From an uncultured Anaerolineales bacterium (GTDB lineage: Bacteria; Planctomycetota; Phycisphaerae; FEN-1346): 64,000 nt of DNA. Both the position numbers and the translations under genes were made by a program. Below are positions 36,462 through 45,606 of the stretch, one piece after another. Under the pieces are notes generated by a model, which worked only from the letters and a program-made list of their open reading frames with translations, was not told where the DNA came from and searched no databases. The stretch is taken from assembly GCA_964461715.1 (NCBI GenBank), contig CAYWVR010000002.1:76453-140452 (forward strand), in the 5' to 3' direction. The first letter of the stretch is position 1; each line of letters starts with the position of its first letter.

Positions 36462-38030
36462 ATGCCGGAACTCGTGGATAAGACGCCAACCGAGGTCCCG
36501 CCCGGGGCCGCGGCCGCCAAGCCCGCCGGGGGCGTGAGCAGCCGGGAGCTGACCCGTTCGGCCGGCCGCGGGGCCCTGTGGCAGTTCGCCGGCGCGGGAT
36601 GGATGACGCTTGTCCAGCTCGGATCAAGCGCGGTTCTGGCACGCGTGCTCTTCCCGGAGGACTTCGGCCTCTTGGGAATGGCCCTTTTGGGCCACGCCCT
36701 GATCCGGCGGCTCGGGACCCTGGGGACGACGGCGGGCCTCATCGCGAAGGTGGACGTGACGGAGGACGACCTCTCGACCGCCTTCTGGACGACGTTCGCC
36801 GTGCAGGGGGCGCTCTTCGGGGTCGCGGTGGCGGCGGCGCCGCTGGCGGCCCTCTTCTTCGACACACCGGAGGTCACGTGGGTGATGCGGGCCGTGGCCT
36901 TGACGTTCGTGCTGACGGCGCTGGGGGCCGTGCCGGGCGCGATCCTGCGGAAAAAGCTTCGTTTCGGGGCCCTGAAGATCATCGAGTGCGGCGGCGCGAT
37001 GCTCCAGGCGGGCCTGGCCATCCTTTTCGCGGTGGTCTACGACATGAACTACTGGGCCTTGGTGGCCGGGATGCTGATCTCGGAGGCGTGCCAGGGGGTG
37101 GCGACGCTCATCCTGGCCCGGTGGCGGCCGAGCCTGAGGTTCCGGCGGGAGAGCTTCCGGTACATGTTCCGCTTCGGCTACAACGAGTTCGGCTCGGAGC
37201 TGGCGGGGTATTTCCACCACAACATCGACTATCTGCTGGTGGGCCGGCTACTGGGGCCGGCGCTGCTGGGCCTCTATGAGTTCGCCTACCGCATACCGCA
37301 CATGATCGTGAACCGGCTGGCGATGCCCGTCGGCCGGGTGCTCTTCCCGTCGCTGGCGAAGATCCAGTCCGACAACGCGAGGCTGGCGAAGGGCTACACG
37401 AAGTGCGCCCAGTACGTCTCGATCGCCGTCTTTCCGCTGATGACGGGGTTGGCGGTGCTGGCGCGGCCGACCGTGCTCGTCCTCTGGGGCGAGAAGTGGG
37501 TAGACGCCATTCTTCCGCTGCAGATCCTGTGCGGCAGCGCCGCGGTGCGGTCGGCCCTTTCAGGAGTCGGCACAATCTTCCTCTGCAAGAACCGCCCGGA
37601 CATCCCCCTCAAGTTCAGCCTGGCGACGCTGGCGTTCACCTTTGCGGCCGTGGCCACCCTGGGTTACTTCTTCGGGATGGTGGGCGTGGCGACAGGCATG
37701 CTGGTATCCCTGGCCCCGTACGTGATCTACCTTGGGCTGGCCTTCCGGATGGTCGATACACCGGTGCGGCAGTTCTTCGCCGCCCTGGGCCCGGTCGTGC
37801 TGTGCGCGGCGGTCTGCGGCCTGGCGGCGTGGGGGACGATGCGCCTGGTGTGCCTCGCGGAAGGGCCGGATTACGTGATTCTGCTGGCCGCGGTGCCGGC
37901 GGGCGCGGCGGCCTACGCGGCCGGCATGCGCCTGCTGTATCCGAAGCTGGTGGCGGACGTGTGGGAGACGGCGCGCGTCGTCCTCGGACGCCGATCGAGC
38001 GAAGCCGTGGCGGAGGAACAAGCGCCGTGA
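36462..38030 (+). CDS. Wzx-type oligosaccharide-lipid flippase (MOP/PST family polysaccharide biosynthesis protein)
   Basis: About 12 predicted TM helices. The conserved PST N-terminal region is …SAGRGALWQFAGAGWMTLVQLGSSAVLARVLFPEDFGLLGMAL… Length 522 aa. Confidence 0.75.
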   Translation: MPELVDKTPTEVPPGAAAAKPAGGVSSRELTRSAGRGALWQFAGAGWMTLVQLGSSAVLARVLFPEDFGLLGMALLGHALIRRLGTLGTTAGLIAKVDVTEDDLSTAFWTTFAVQGALFGVAVAAAPLAALFFDTPEVTWVMRAVALTFVLTALGAVPGAILRKKLRFGALKIIECGGAMLQAGLAILFAVVYDMNYWALVAGMLISEACQGVATLILARWRPSLRFRRESFRYMFRFGYNEFGSELAGYFHHNIDYLLVGRLLGPALLGLYEFAYRIPHMIVNRLAMPVGRVLFPSLAKIQSDNARLAKGYTKCAQYVSIAVFPLMTGLAVLARPTVLVLWGEKWVDAILPLQILCGSAAVRSALSGVGTIFLCKNRPDIPLKFSLATLAFTFAAVATLGYFFGMVGVATGMLVSLAPYVIYLGLAFRMVDTPVRQFFAALGPVVLCAAVCGLAAWGTMRLVCLAEGPDYVILLAAVPAGAAAYAAGMRLLYPKLVADVWETARVVLGRRSSEAVAEEQAP

Positions 38031-38097
38031 TGCGCGCACAGACCACGGTCCCGAGTTTCCCGGCGGCCAAGGACGACCGCGCGCGAGGTGGCCAGGC

Positions 38098-39477
38098 ATG
38101 ACGCCACGCGTCTCATCCCGAGACGACGTCCGACGTCGCCGCCCCAAGGGTGCGCGCCCTCATGTCTGCATGTTCGTCAACAACCCGGGCCTGCGGGACC
38201 CGCGCGTGACGCGTGAGGCCGAGGTCGCGGTCGAGGCGGGATTCGACGTGACGGTCGTCGCCTGCCAGAACCACGACGAGGACGGTCCGACGCGCGTCCT
38301 CCAGCGGGGCGTGGAGTTCCTGCGGCCCAAGGTCGGGTCCAGCCGTCTGGCCGGGGCCTTGAGGCACGTCCTCGGCCTCCGCCGGACGTTCTCCGCATCG
38401 CCGGCCGCGCCCCGCGAGGCGTCTCCGTCCGCAGACGCGTCGGCGACGGCCGCGGAAAAGGCAAGGCCCAGTCTGATGCGTCGCCTGCACGGATGGGGAT
38501 GGGGATGGCGGCGGACGCTGGTCAGCCTCGGCCAACGGATTCGTCTCGGCCTTGCCGTGTCGGCCGACGCCTACCATGCGCACGACTGCGACACCCTTCC
38601 GATCGCGTGGCTCTGCGCGCGCCTGCGCGGGAAACCCTTCATCTACGACTCGCACGAACTCTGGGTCGATTGGAAACGGATGCGCGGGGCCGGCCGATGG
38701 CGCCTCGCACTTTGGAGGGCGCTCGAAGCGACCTTCTGCCGGCAGAGCGCCCTATGCGTGACGGTCAGCGAGGGACTGGCGGAGATTCTGCGGCGCGAAC
38801 TGGGCTTGAGGCGACTGGCCGTGGTCCGGAACTGCGCCCGGCGGCCGCGGGCGCTCCCGACGGACACCCACCTCGCCGGCCGCGCCCAGGTCCGGGCGGA
38901 GCTGGGCCTCGGGCCCGACGCGCCGGTCACGATCTATCAGGGCGGCCTGTGGCCCTACCGGGGACTGGAGACGCTGATCCGTGCCGCGACGCACGTGCCG
39001 AAGGTCTCGGTCCTCATCGTCGGCCCGATCACACCGTACGCGGAGTCGCTCCGCGCCCTGTCGATCGAGCACCGTGCGGCCAACGTCCGCTTCCTGGGCC
39101 ACCAGCCGGAGGAGCGGCGGTCGGCGCTGATGGGCGCGGCCGACCTGGGAGTCGTCCTGATCCAGGACGGAGGGTTGTCGTACCGGCACTCCTTTGCCAA
39201 CAAGAACGGCGAGTACTTCGCGCACGGCCTTCCGGTCCTGGCGTCGGACCTGCCGGAGCATCGTCGGGTGCTGATGCGTGTGGGCGCAGCCCTGCTCGCC
39301 GACCCGGAGTCGGCGTCCGACGTGGCGGCCAAGATACAGGCATTCTTCAGGATGACGAAAGCCCAGCGGCGCGGGCTCGCCGCCCTCGCCCGGTCCTTTG
39401 TGGACCGGGAGCTGAACATGGACGTGCAGTTCCGCCCCGTCCTAGACTTCTATCTGGCCCTCGGGCGGAACCGGTGA
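38098..39477 (+). CDS. GT4-family glycosyltransferase (tandem paralogue 1)
   Basis: GT1 C-lobe motifs (…IYQGGLWPYRGLETLIRA…VLIVGP…FLGHQPEE…ADLGVVLIQD…NKNGEYFAHGLPVLASD…). The N-terminal 175 codons are near-identical to the next gene at DNA level. Confidence 0.8.
   Translation: MTPRVSSRDDVRRRRPKGARPHVCMFVNNPGLRDPRVTREAEVAVEAGFDVTVVACQNHDEDGPTRVLQRGVEFLRPKVGSSRLAGALRHVLGLRRTFSASPAAPREASPSADASATAAEKARPSLMRRLHGWGWGWRRTLVSLGQRIRLGLAVSADAYHAHDCDTLPIAWLCARLRGKPFIYDSHELWVDWKRMRGAGRWRLALWRALEATFCRQSALCVTVSEGLAEILRRELGLRRLAVVRNCARRPRALPTDTHLAGRAQVRAELGLGPDAPVTIYQGGLWPYRGLETLIRAATHVPKVSVLIVGPITPYAESLRALSIEHRAANVRFLGHQPEERRSALMGAADLGVVLIQDGGLSYRHSFANKNGEYFAHGLPVLASDLPEHRRVLMRVGAALLADPESASDVAAKIQAFFRMTKAQRRGLAALARSFVDRELNMDVQFRPVLDFYLALGRNR
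38164..38678. repeat. ~515-bp direct repeat, copy 1 (≥99% identical to 39552-40066)
   Basis: Direct comparison of the two stretches gave only two mismatches (gtgacg/gtaacg and gaact/gagct) over ~515 bp. Flanking sequence on both sides is diverged. Confidence 0.8.
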
Positions 39478-39482
39478 CGGAC

Positions 39483-40856
39483 ATGACCTCGAGTCGCTCA
39501 ACATGCCGCGACACCGTCGTGGAGGCGATCGCCCGCCCCGCGCGCGTGCGCGTCTGCATGTTCGTCAACAACCCGGGCCTGCGGGACCCGCGCGTAACGC
39601 GTGAGGCCGAGGTCGCGGTCGAGGCGGGATTCGACGTGACGGTCGTCGCCTGCCAGAACCACGACGAGGACGGTCCGACGCGCGTCCTCCAGCGGGGCGT
39701 GGAGTTCCTGCGGCCCAAGGTCGGGTCCAGCCGTCTGGCCGGGGCCTTGAGGCACGTCCTCGGCCTCCGCCGGACGTTCTCCGCATCGCCGGCCGCGCCC
39801 CGCGAGGCGTCTCCGTCCGCAGACGCGTCGGCGACGGCCGCGGAAAAGGCAAGGCCCAGTCTGATGCGTCGCCTGCACGGATGGGGATGGGGATGGCGGC
39901 GGACGCTGGTCAGCCTCGGCCAACGGATTCGTCTCGGCCTTGCCGTGTCGGCCGACGCCTACCATGCGCACGACTGCGACACCCTTCCGATCGCGTGGCT
40001 CTGCGCGCGCCTGCGCGGGAAACCCTTCATCTACGACTCGCACGAGCTCTGGGTCGATTGGAAACGCATGGGCGGCGTGGGTCGCGTACCCGTCGCCCTC
40101 TGGGAGATGGCCGAGCGGGCGTTCGTCCGGCAGGCCGCCGCGTGCGTGACGGTCAGCGAGGACATGGCGGCGTTGCTGAAGCGCCGCCATAGCCTCGGCT
40201 GCATGCTCGTCGTCCGGAACTGTCCCCGCCGAGGGACCTCGGAAGCGACCGTGCCGCGCGACGTCGCCCGCCGGGCGTGCGGCATCGAGAACGGCCAGCG
40301 GATCGTCCTCTACCAGGGCGGCCTTTGGGCGAACCGCGGACTCGACGTCCTGGTCGAGAGCGCCCGGCACGTCCCGGAGGTGGACGTTCTGCTCGTGGGG
40401 CGGCTCAATTCGTACGGGGCCGGGCTCCAGCAGATCCGTCGCGACCTGGGCTGCCGCAACGTCCGTTTCCTGGGCCACAGGGACGAGGCCGAGCGCAACG
40501 CCTTGATGGCCGCGGCGGACCTGGGCGTCGTCCTGACGCAGGACCGCTCGCTCTCATATCGGCTGACCCTGTCAAACAAGATCTTCGAGTACTTCGCGAA
40601 CGGGCTGCCCGTGCTGGCGTCGGACCTGCCGCCCCACCGGCGGATTGAGGCGCAGACGGGCGCCTGCCGGCTCACGAATCCGGAGGACGCGGTGATTCTG
40701 GCCGAGGACATCCGCCGCTTCTTCTCGATGGACGAAACCGGTCGGCGCCGGATGGGCGAGCGGGCCCGCCGCGCCGCCCTCGACCAACTCAACATGGAAC
40801 GCCAGATGACCCCGCTCCTCGAACTCTACCGCGGCGTCGCGCGGATCGGGCGATAG
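39483..40856 (+). CDS. GT4-family glycosyltransferase (tandem paralogue 2)
   Basis: Same architecture as the preceding gene. The 3' two-thirds are diverged (…LYQGGLWANRGLDVLVESA…LLVGR…FLGHRDEAE…ADLGVVLTQD…NKIFEYFANGLPVLASD…). Confidence 0.8.
   Translation: MTSSRSTCRDTVVEAIARPARVRVCMFVNNPGLRDPRVTREAEVAVEAGFDVTVVACQNHDEDGPTRVLQRGVEFLRPKVGSSRLAGALRHVLGLRRTFSASPAAPREASPSADASATAAEKARPSLMRRLHGWGWGWRRTLVSLGQRIRLGLAVSADAYHAHDCDTLPIAWLCARLRGKPFIYDSHELWVDWKRMGGVGRVPVALWEMAERAFVRQAAACVTVSEDMAALLKRRHSLGCMLVVRNCPRRGTSEATVPRDVARRACGIENGQRIVLYQGGLWANRGLDVLVESARHVPEVDVLLVGRLNSYGAGLQQIRRDLGCRNVRFLGHRDEAERNALMAAADLGVVLTQDRSLSYRLTLSNKIFEYFANGLPVLASDLPPHRRIEAQTGACRLTNPEDAVILAEDIRRFFSMDETGRRRMGERARRAALDQLNMERQMTPLLELYRGVARIGR
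39552..40066. repeat. ~515-bp direct repeat, copy 2
   Basis: See copy 1; the offset between copies is exactly 1388 bp. Confidence 0.8.
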
Positions 40857-40865
40857 GAGAGCGTC

Positions 40866-41843
40866 GTGCCTGAATCCCGACCGGAAACCTCCCGGCTGAC
40901 CCTCGCCGCGGTTATCCCCGTCTACAACCAGCGGGAGACCGTGTGTGCGGCCATCGACAGCGTCCTGGCTCAGACGCGGCCGGCCGACGAGATCATCGTC
41001 GTCGACGACGGGTCGACGGACGGGTCGGGGGACCTGGTGGCCCGCCAGTACGGCGACCGCGTCCGCCTCATCCGCCAGGAGAACCGCGGCGCGGGCGGAG
41101 CCTTCAACACCGGCATCCGCGCCGGCTCCACCGACCTCATCTCGCTCCTCGGCGCCGACGACGGATGGATGCCCGACCGGCTCGAGAAACAGGTCGCCTT
41201 TATGGAGGCCCATCCCGACTGCATGCTCAGCTTCACGGCCGCCGAGCTTCGCGACGAGATCAACGACCGCGTCCTTCTCGAGAACACCGAGATCGACAAG
41301 GAGCGGTACGTCACCCGGTACTTCTTCCGCGACGAGAACCTTCCCGCCGGCAACGGCGTCATGGTGCGGCGGGAGGTGTTCGAGGAGCTCGGGTACTTCG
41401 ACGAATCGCTCCGCCGGTGCCAGGACACGGACATGTGGCTGCGGATCATGATCCGCTACGGCTTCGAGCACATCCCCGAGCCGCTCGTCTGGGTCCACCG
41501 GGGGCAGCATCGCACGATGACGGACCACTCGAAAGGCTTCCGGTACCACGAGGTGTATTACGCGAAGCACCGGTACACCTTTGGTCGCGGGTGGCGCGGC
41601 CAGGCCATCTGGCGGGCCGGATACGGCGCGGCCCTGCGGTTCCACGCCATCTGGTACTTCCGCCAGAAGAAGGGCGGCCTCGCGATGCGCGAGCTCATGA
41701 AGGCCGTCCTCGTCTGGCCCTTCTTCAACCCGACGTGGGTGGTGCGGGCGGCTTCCGAGTACCTCCTCGGCACCGCCGCCTACGATCATGTCGTCTCCCG
41801 GGTCAAACGGTTCCCCGGACTGCGTCCCGAGGCGAGGGGATAG
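40866..41843 (+). CDS. family-2 glycosyltransferase (soluble GT-A)
   Basis: AAVIPVYNQRETVCAAIDSVLAQTRPADEIIVVDDGSTDGS… plus DXD (LLGADDGW). 325 aa. Confidence 0.8.
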   Translation: MPESRPETSRLTLAAVIPVYNQRETVCAAIDSVLAQTRPADEIIVVDDGSTDGSGDLVARQYGDRVRLIRQENRGAGGAFNTGIRAGSTDLISLLGADDGWMPDRLEKQVAFMEAHPDCMLSFTAAELRDEINDRVLLENTEIDKERYVTRYFFRDENLPAGNGVMVRREVFEELGYFDESLRRCQDTDMWLRIMIRYGFEHIPEPLVWVHRGQHRTMTDHSKGFRYHEVYYAKHRYTFGRGWRGQAIWRAGYGAALRFHAIWYFRQKKGGLAMRELMKAVLVWPFFNPTWVVRAASEYLLGTAAYDHVVSRVKRFPGLRPEARG

Positions 41844-41847
41844 GGCC

Positions 41848-43047
41848 GTGAGAGTCGCCCTTCTATCCGGACCGGCCGTCAGCGCCCGCCACGGGTCGGG
41901 CGTCCAGATCCTGCGCCTCTTCGAGGGCGCCCGGGACGACGTCCGACACCTGTACTGGCGGGGCACCGCCGGGCCGGAGAGCGACCTGCCCCACGCCCAC
42001 TACCTCAAGACGCTGCCCGGCCTGAAGCGGCTTCGCGGCGGGCGACTGATGGATCTTGCGGAGCGGGCCCTAGGGGTGGCGTGGTGGGACGGAGACCGGG
42101 TCAACGCCGCCAAGCTCGAGCGGCTGCTCCGAGACCGCGGGTGGGGTTGCGATGTCGCCTACGTCTGTGTCGCGCGCGAAACCGAGGCCCGCGAGGCCCT
42201 CTCCATCCTCGACGTCCTCGACCGACCCTACGTGGTCCACCTGATGGACCTCTGCCACGACGAGGGCCTCGACCCGGAGCGGATGCCCGGCTACCGGCGG
42301 CTGCTCGGGGAGGCGGCAACGGTCTTCGCGGCGAGCGCGCCGATGGCCGAACAGGCCCGGAAGGTGCGGGCCGACAACGTCCGGGCGGTCGCGCTCGCGA
42401 AGACGGTCGGCGGGCGGGCGTCGCCGCCGCCCGATGCCGACGGTCGGACGCGCCTTATTCTCCTCGGCAGCCTGGGAAGCGCCGACAACCCGGCCCTCGC
42501 CCTTCTGGACGAGGCCTGGCCGGCGCTTGAGCGACGGGTGCCCGGATTCGAGTGCCTCTACATGGGCCAGCATGTCCACCTGCTACCGTCCCGCCTGCGC
42601 GAACGCGTGACGTGCCCCGGGCGGCTCGACCTGGAGACCTTCGAGCGGAAGCTCCTGACGGGCCATCTCGCGTATCTGCCCTCGCCGCGCGCGATGGATT
42701 GCTACGGGCGCTTTGCGCCGGTGGCCCGAATCGTCGATTACTTCATGGCGGGCCTGCCCGTTCTGTATTCGATCGCGAAGGGCTCGGCGCCCGAGGGGCT
42801 GCTCCGCGAGATGGCCCCCGCGACGGCCCGCGTAGATTCCCCCTCGGGGCTGGTCGACGCGGCGGCGCGGCTGGCAGCGCCCGCGGCGTGGCAAGCCGCC
42901 GGCGACCGGGTCCGCGCCTACGCCGAGACGCACTTCGACCTGGCGCGCCTGAGAGACGAGGTCATGACGGCGATCGAGCAGGCCACCTCGGCTCCGCGGG
43001 GCGCAGGTGCCGAACCGTCCCGAGAGGACGTTCATGCGAAACGGTGA
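41848..43047 (+). CDS. hypothetical protein, possibly a divergent GT-B glycosyltransferase-like protein
   Basis: GTG start after the upstream TAG with GGAG upstream. The C-terminal segment …RIVDYFMAGLPVLYSIAKGS… resembles the GT1 E-x7-E region weakly. No firm family. Confidence 0.45.
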   Translation: MRVALLSGPAVSARHGSGVQILRLFEGARDDVRHLYWRGTAGPESDLPHAHYLKTLPGLKRLRGGRLMDLAERALGVAWWDGDRVNAAKLERLLRDRGWGCDVAYVCVARETEAREALSILDVLDRPYVVHLMDLCHDEGLDPERMPGYRRLLGEAATVFAASAPMAEQARKVRADNVRAVALAKTVGGRASPPPDADGRTRLILLGSLGSADNPALALLDEAWPALERRVPGFECLYMGQHVHLLPSRLRERVTCPGRLDLETFERKLLTGHLAYLPSPRAMDCYGRFAPVARIVDYFMAGLPVLYSIAKGSAPEGLLREMAPATARVDSPSGLVDAAARLAAPAAWQAAGDRVRAYAETHFDLARLRDEVMTAIEQATSAPRGAGAEPSREDVHAKR

Positions 43048-44248
43048 GCCGCGATACCTTCTGCTCTCGGAGCAGTATCTGCCCTTGAAGGGCGGGCACA
43101 TCGTCCTCATGCACGAACTGGCGAAACGGATCGGCGGCGTGACGGTGGTGACGGCGGCAGCGCCGGAACGCCCGGCGACCGAGACCATCGACGGCGTCGA
43201 GGTGCGGCGGGTGGACCTCGACCGCCGGGCGTACCTCCGACCGGAGTCCCTGGCCCTGTACGCGAACCTCTTCATCCAGACGGCCCGGCTGGCGAAGCGG
43301 GTACGGCCGGCGGCCTTGCTGGCCGCCCGGGTCCTGCCGGAGGGGCTCATCGCGACGGCCGTGGGCCGCCTCCGAGACCTGCCCGCGCTGATCTTCGCGC
43401 ACGGCGAGGAGATCACGCCGTGGCTGCCCGGCCTCGATCGCGCCTCCTCCCGCCGCATGACCTCCCGCATCAAGGGCCGGTGCGTATGGCACGCGTATCG
43501 CGGGGCCGCCCGCATCATCGCCAACAGCCGCTTCACACGCGACCTCCTGGCCCGCGGCGGGCTGCCGAAGAAGCGCATCCGCATCGTCCATCCCGGCACC
43601 GACCCGGAGCGATTCCGTCCCGGCCTGCCGGACGGCGGGACGGCCGCGAGGCTCGGCCTCGAAGACAAGCGAGTGCTTTTGACCGTGGGCCGGGTGACGT
43701 GGCGAAAGGGCCAGGACACGGTCGTCCGGGCCCTGCCGACGATCCTCGAGACGGTCCCCGACACCGTCTACGCGGTGGCGGGAACGGGCCCGATGGAGGA
43801 CGACCTCCGCCGCCTGGCGCGCGAGTGCGGCGTCGGGGACCACGTCCGATTGCTCGGCGAAGTGTCCGATGAGGACCTGCTCGGGCTCTACCACCTGGCC
43901 GACGTGTTCGTCATGGCGGGAAGGGTGTCCGAGGGGACCCGGGACGTCGAAGGCTTCGGCATCGTCTTCCTGGAAGCCGGGGCCTGCGGGGTGCCGGTGA
44001 TCGCGGGCCAGGCCGGCGGGGTCGGCGACGCCGTCGTCAACGGTCAAACGGGTCTGCGGGTGGACGGACGCGACCCCGACGCCGTGGCGGAGGCCTGCCG
44101 GCGGCTGCTGACGGATGCCGGGCTGGCCCGCCGCATGGGCGAGGCCGGCCGGCGCCGGGCGGTCGAGGAGTTCTCGTGGGACCGGGTTGCGGAACAGGCC
44201 CGGCAGGTGCTTGAAGAAGCGTCAGGAGACCGGCGATGCCTCCTCTGA
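43034..44248 (+). CDS. GT4-family glycosyltransferase
   Basis: …GRVTWRKGQDTVVRALP… and …EGFGIVFLEAGACGVPVIAGQAGGVGDAVVNGQTGLRV… are the GT1 C-lobe EX7E region. Confidence 0.8.
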   Translation: MRNGEPRYLLLSEQYLPLKGGHIVLMHELAKRIGGVTVVTAAAPERPATETIDGVEVRRVDLDRRAYLRPESLALYANLFIQTARLAKRVRPAALLAARVLPEGLIATAVGRLRDLPALIFAHGEEITPWLPGLDRASSRRMTSRIKGRCVWHAYRGAARIIANSRFTRDLLARGGLPKKRIRIVHPGTDPERFRPGLPDGGTAARLGLEDKRVLLTVGRVTWRKGQDTVVRALPTILETVPDTVYAVAGTGPMEDDLRRLARECGVGDHVRLLGEVSDEDLLGLYHLADVFVMAGRVSEGTRDVEGFGIVFLEAGACGVPVIAGQAGGVGDAVVNGQTGLRVDGRDPDAVAEACRRLLTDAGLARRMGEAGRRRAVEEFSWDRVAEQARQVLEEASGDRRCLL

Positions 44249-45606
44249 AGACCTTGCTGTTCCTGGCCGGTTTTGTGGCGGCCACCGTCGGGTGTCTCTG
44301 GTTCCCGCTGGCGGGGGTCCTGGGATACGTCCTGCACTACAGCATCGGACCGGAACGCCAGTGGTGGGAGGCCCCGATCAGCCACCTCCACCTGCGCTAC
44401 TCGTTCACGCTGGCAGCCGCCACGGCCATCGGTTTGCTGCTCCACCATCGCAAGCTCCGTTGGGGCGACCGGCTCCTGACGAAGCAGGAAGTCCTGATGC
44501 TCGTGTTCCTGGGCGTGGTGTGGCTCACGTTCCTGATGGGCGACACGACGCGGGAGTCAAGCGCGGTCGTGGATCACCCCTCCATGAAGGTCACAAAAGT
44601 TTTTATCTTCACGCTCATGTTAACACACATCGTGACGAGGCAACAAGACCTGAACCTCCTGTTCTGGGCCTTCACCAGCGGCGCTTTGATCCTCGGTCTC
44701 CAGGCTTACTACACGCCGCGGTACATGTTCATGCAAGGGCGGCTCGAGACGATCGGCGGCCCGGACTTCGCCGAGGCCAACAGCCTGGCGGCGTACCTGG
44801 CGGCCCTGCTGCCGATCATCGGCGTCCAGTTCATGCGGAGCCGCTGGCCGGCCCGCATCGCGTGCCTGGCGGCGGGGGGGCTCGCCTGCAACGCCATCAT
44901 CCTGACCCGAAGCCGCGGGGCGATCGTCGCGCTGGCCGCCGGGGGAATCGCGGCCCTCTTCATGGCCCCGAAACGGTACCGCGCAGCGGTGGCCGTCGGG
45001 CTGGTCGTGGCTCTGGTCGGGTTCGTGTATCTCGGCGACGTCGGCTTCATGGGCCGCATGAGCACGCTGAACTCCCCCGCGGGCGAACTCGACGAGTCCG
45101 CCCAGAGCCGCATCGCCATCTGGCGGGGAGGCCTGAAGATGATCGCGGCCCACCCGCTGGGCGTCGGGCCGGGCAACTTCCTCCAGACCATCGGCCACTA
45201 CGCGCCGAACCACGCGAATCGCGACGCACACAGCACGCTCATCCGCTGCGCCGCCGAGCTGGGCTTGGTGGGGCTCATCGTGCTCATCGTGCTGATCGTC
45301 AACGCCTTCCGCGTCTTGCGCAACACCCACGCCCGTCTCGTGCGCCACCGGTCCAAGGCCGACGCCCCCCTCCTCCTCTACACGTACGCCGCCATGTTGG
45401 CCCTGATCATCTACCTGATATGCGGCTTCTTCGGCTCGTTCGTGTACATCGAGGTCTTCTGGTGGCTGCTCGCGCTGCCCGTGTGCCTGAGCCGCGCCGT
45501 CGAGAACGCGGTCGCGCAGCCCTTGGAGGAGGGTGCGCCGAGCCGCAAACGCGCCGTCTCCCGCACGCGAAGCCGGACGCCCCGACCGCAAGTGGAGGTC
45601 ACGTGA
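44236..45606 (+). CDS. O-antigen ligase/Wzy-family polysaccharide polymerase (Wzy_C domain membrane protein)
   Basis: About 10-12 TM helices. The central large periplasmic loop …ILTRSRGAIVALAAGGIAALFM… and …IAHPLGVGPGNF…HSTLIRCAAELGLVGLIVL… are typical of the Wzy_C/O-antigen ligase family. Confidence 0.7.
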   Translation: MPPLKTLLFLAGFVAATVGCLWFPLAGVLGYVLHYSIGPERQWWEAPISHLHLRYSFTLAAATAIGLLLHHRKLRWGDRLLTKQEVLMLVFLGVVWLTFLMGDTTRESSAVVDHPSMKVTKVFIFTLMLTHIVTRQQDLNLLFWAFTSGALILGLQAYYTPRYMFMQGRLETIGGPDFAEANSLAAYLAALLPIIGVQFMRSRWPARIACLAAGGLACNAIILTRSRGAIVALAAGGIAALFMAPKRYRAAVAVGLVVALVGFVYLGDVGFMGRMSTLNSPAGELDESAQSRIAIWRGGLKMIAAHPLGVGPGNFLQTIGHYAPNHANRDAHSTLIRCAAELGLVGLIVLIVLIVNAFRVLRNTHARLVRHRSKADAPLLLYTYAAMLALIIYLICGFFGSFVYIEVFWWLLALPVCLSRAVENAVAQPLEEGAPSRKRAVSRTRSRTPRPQVEVT

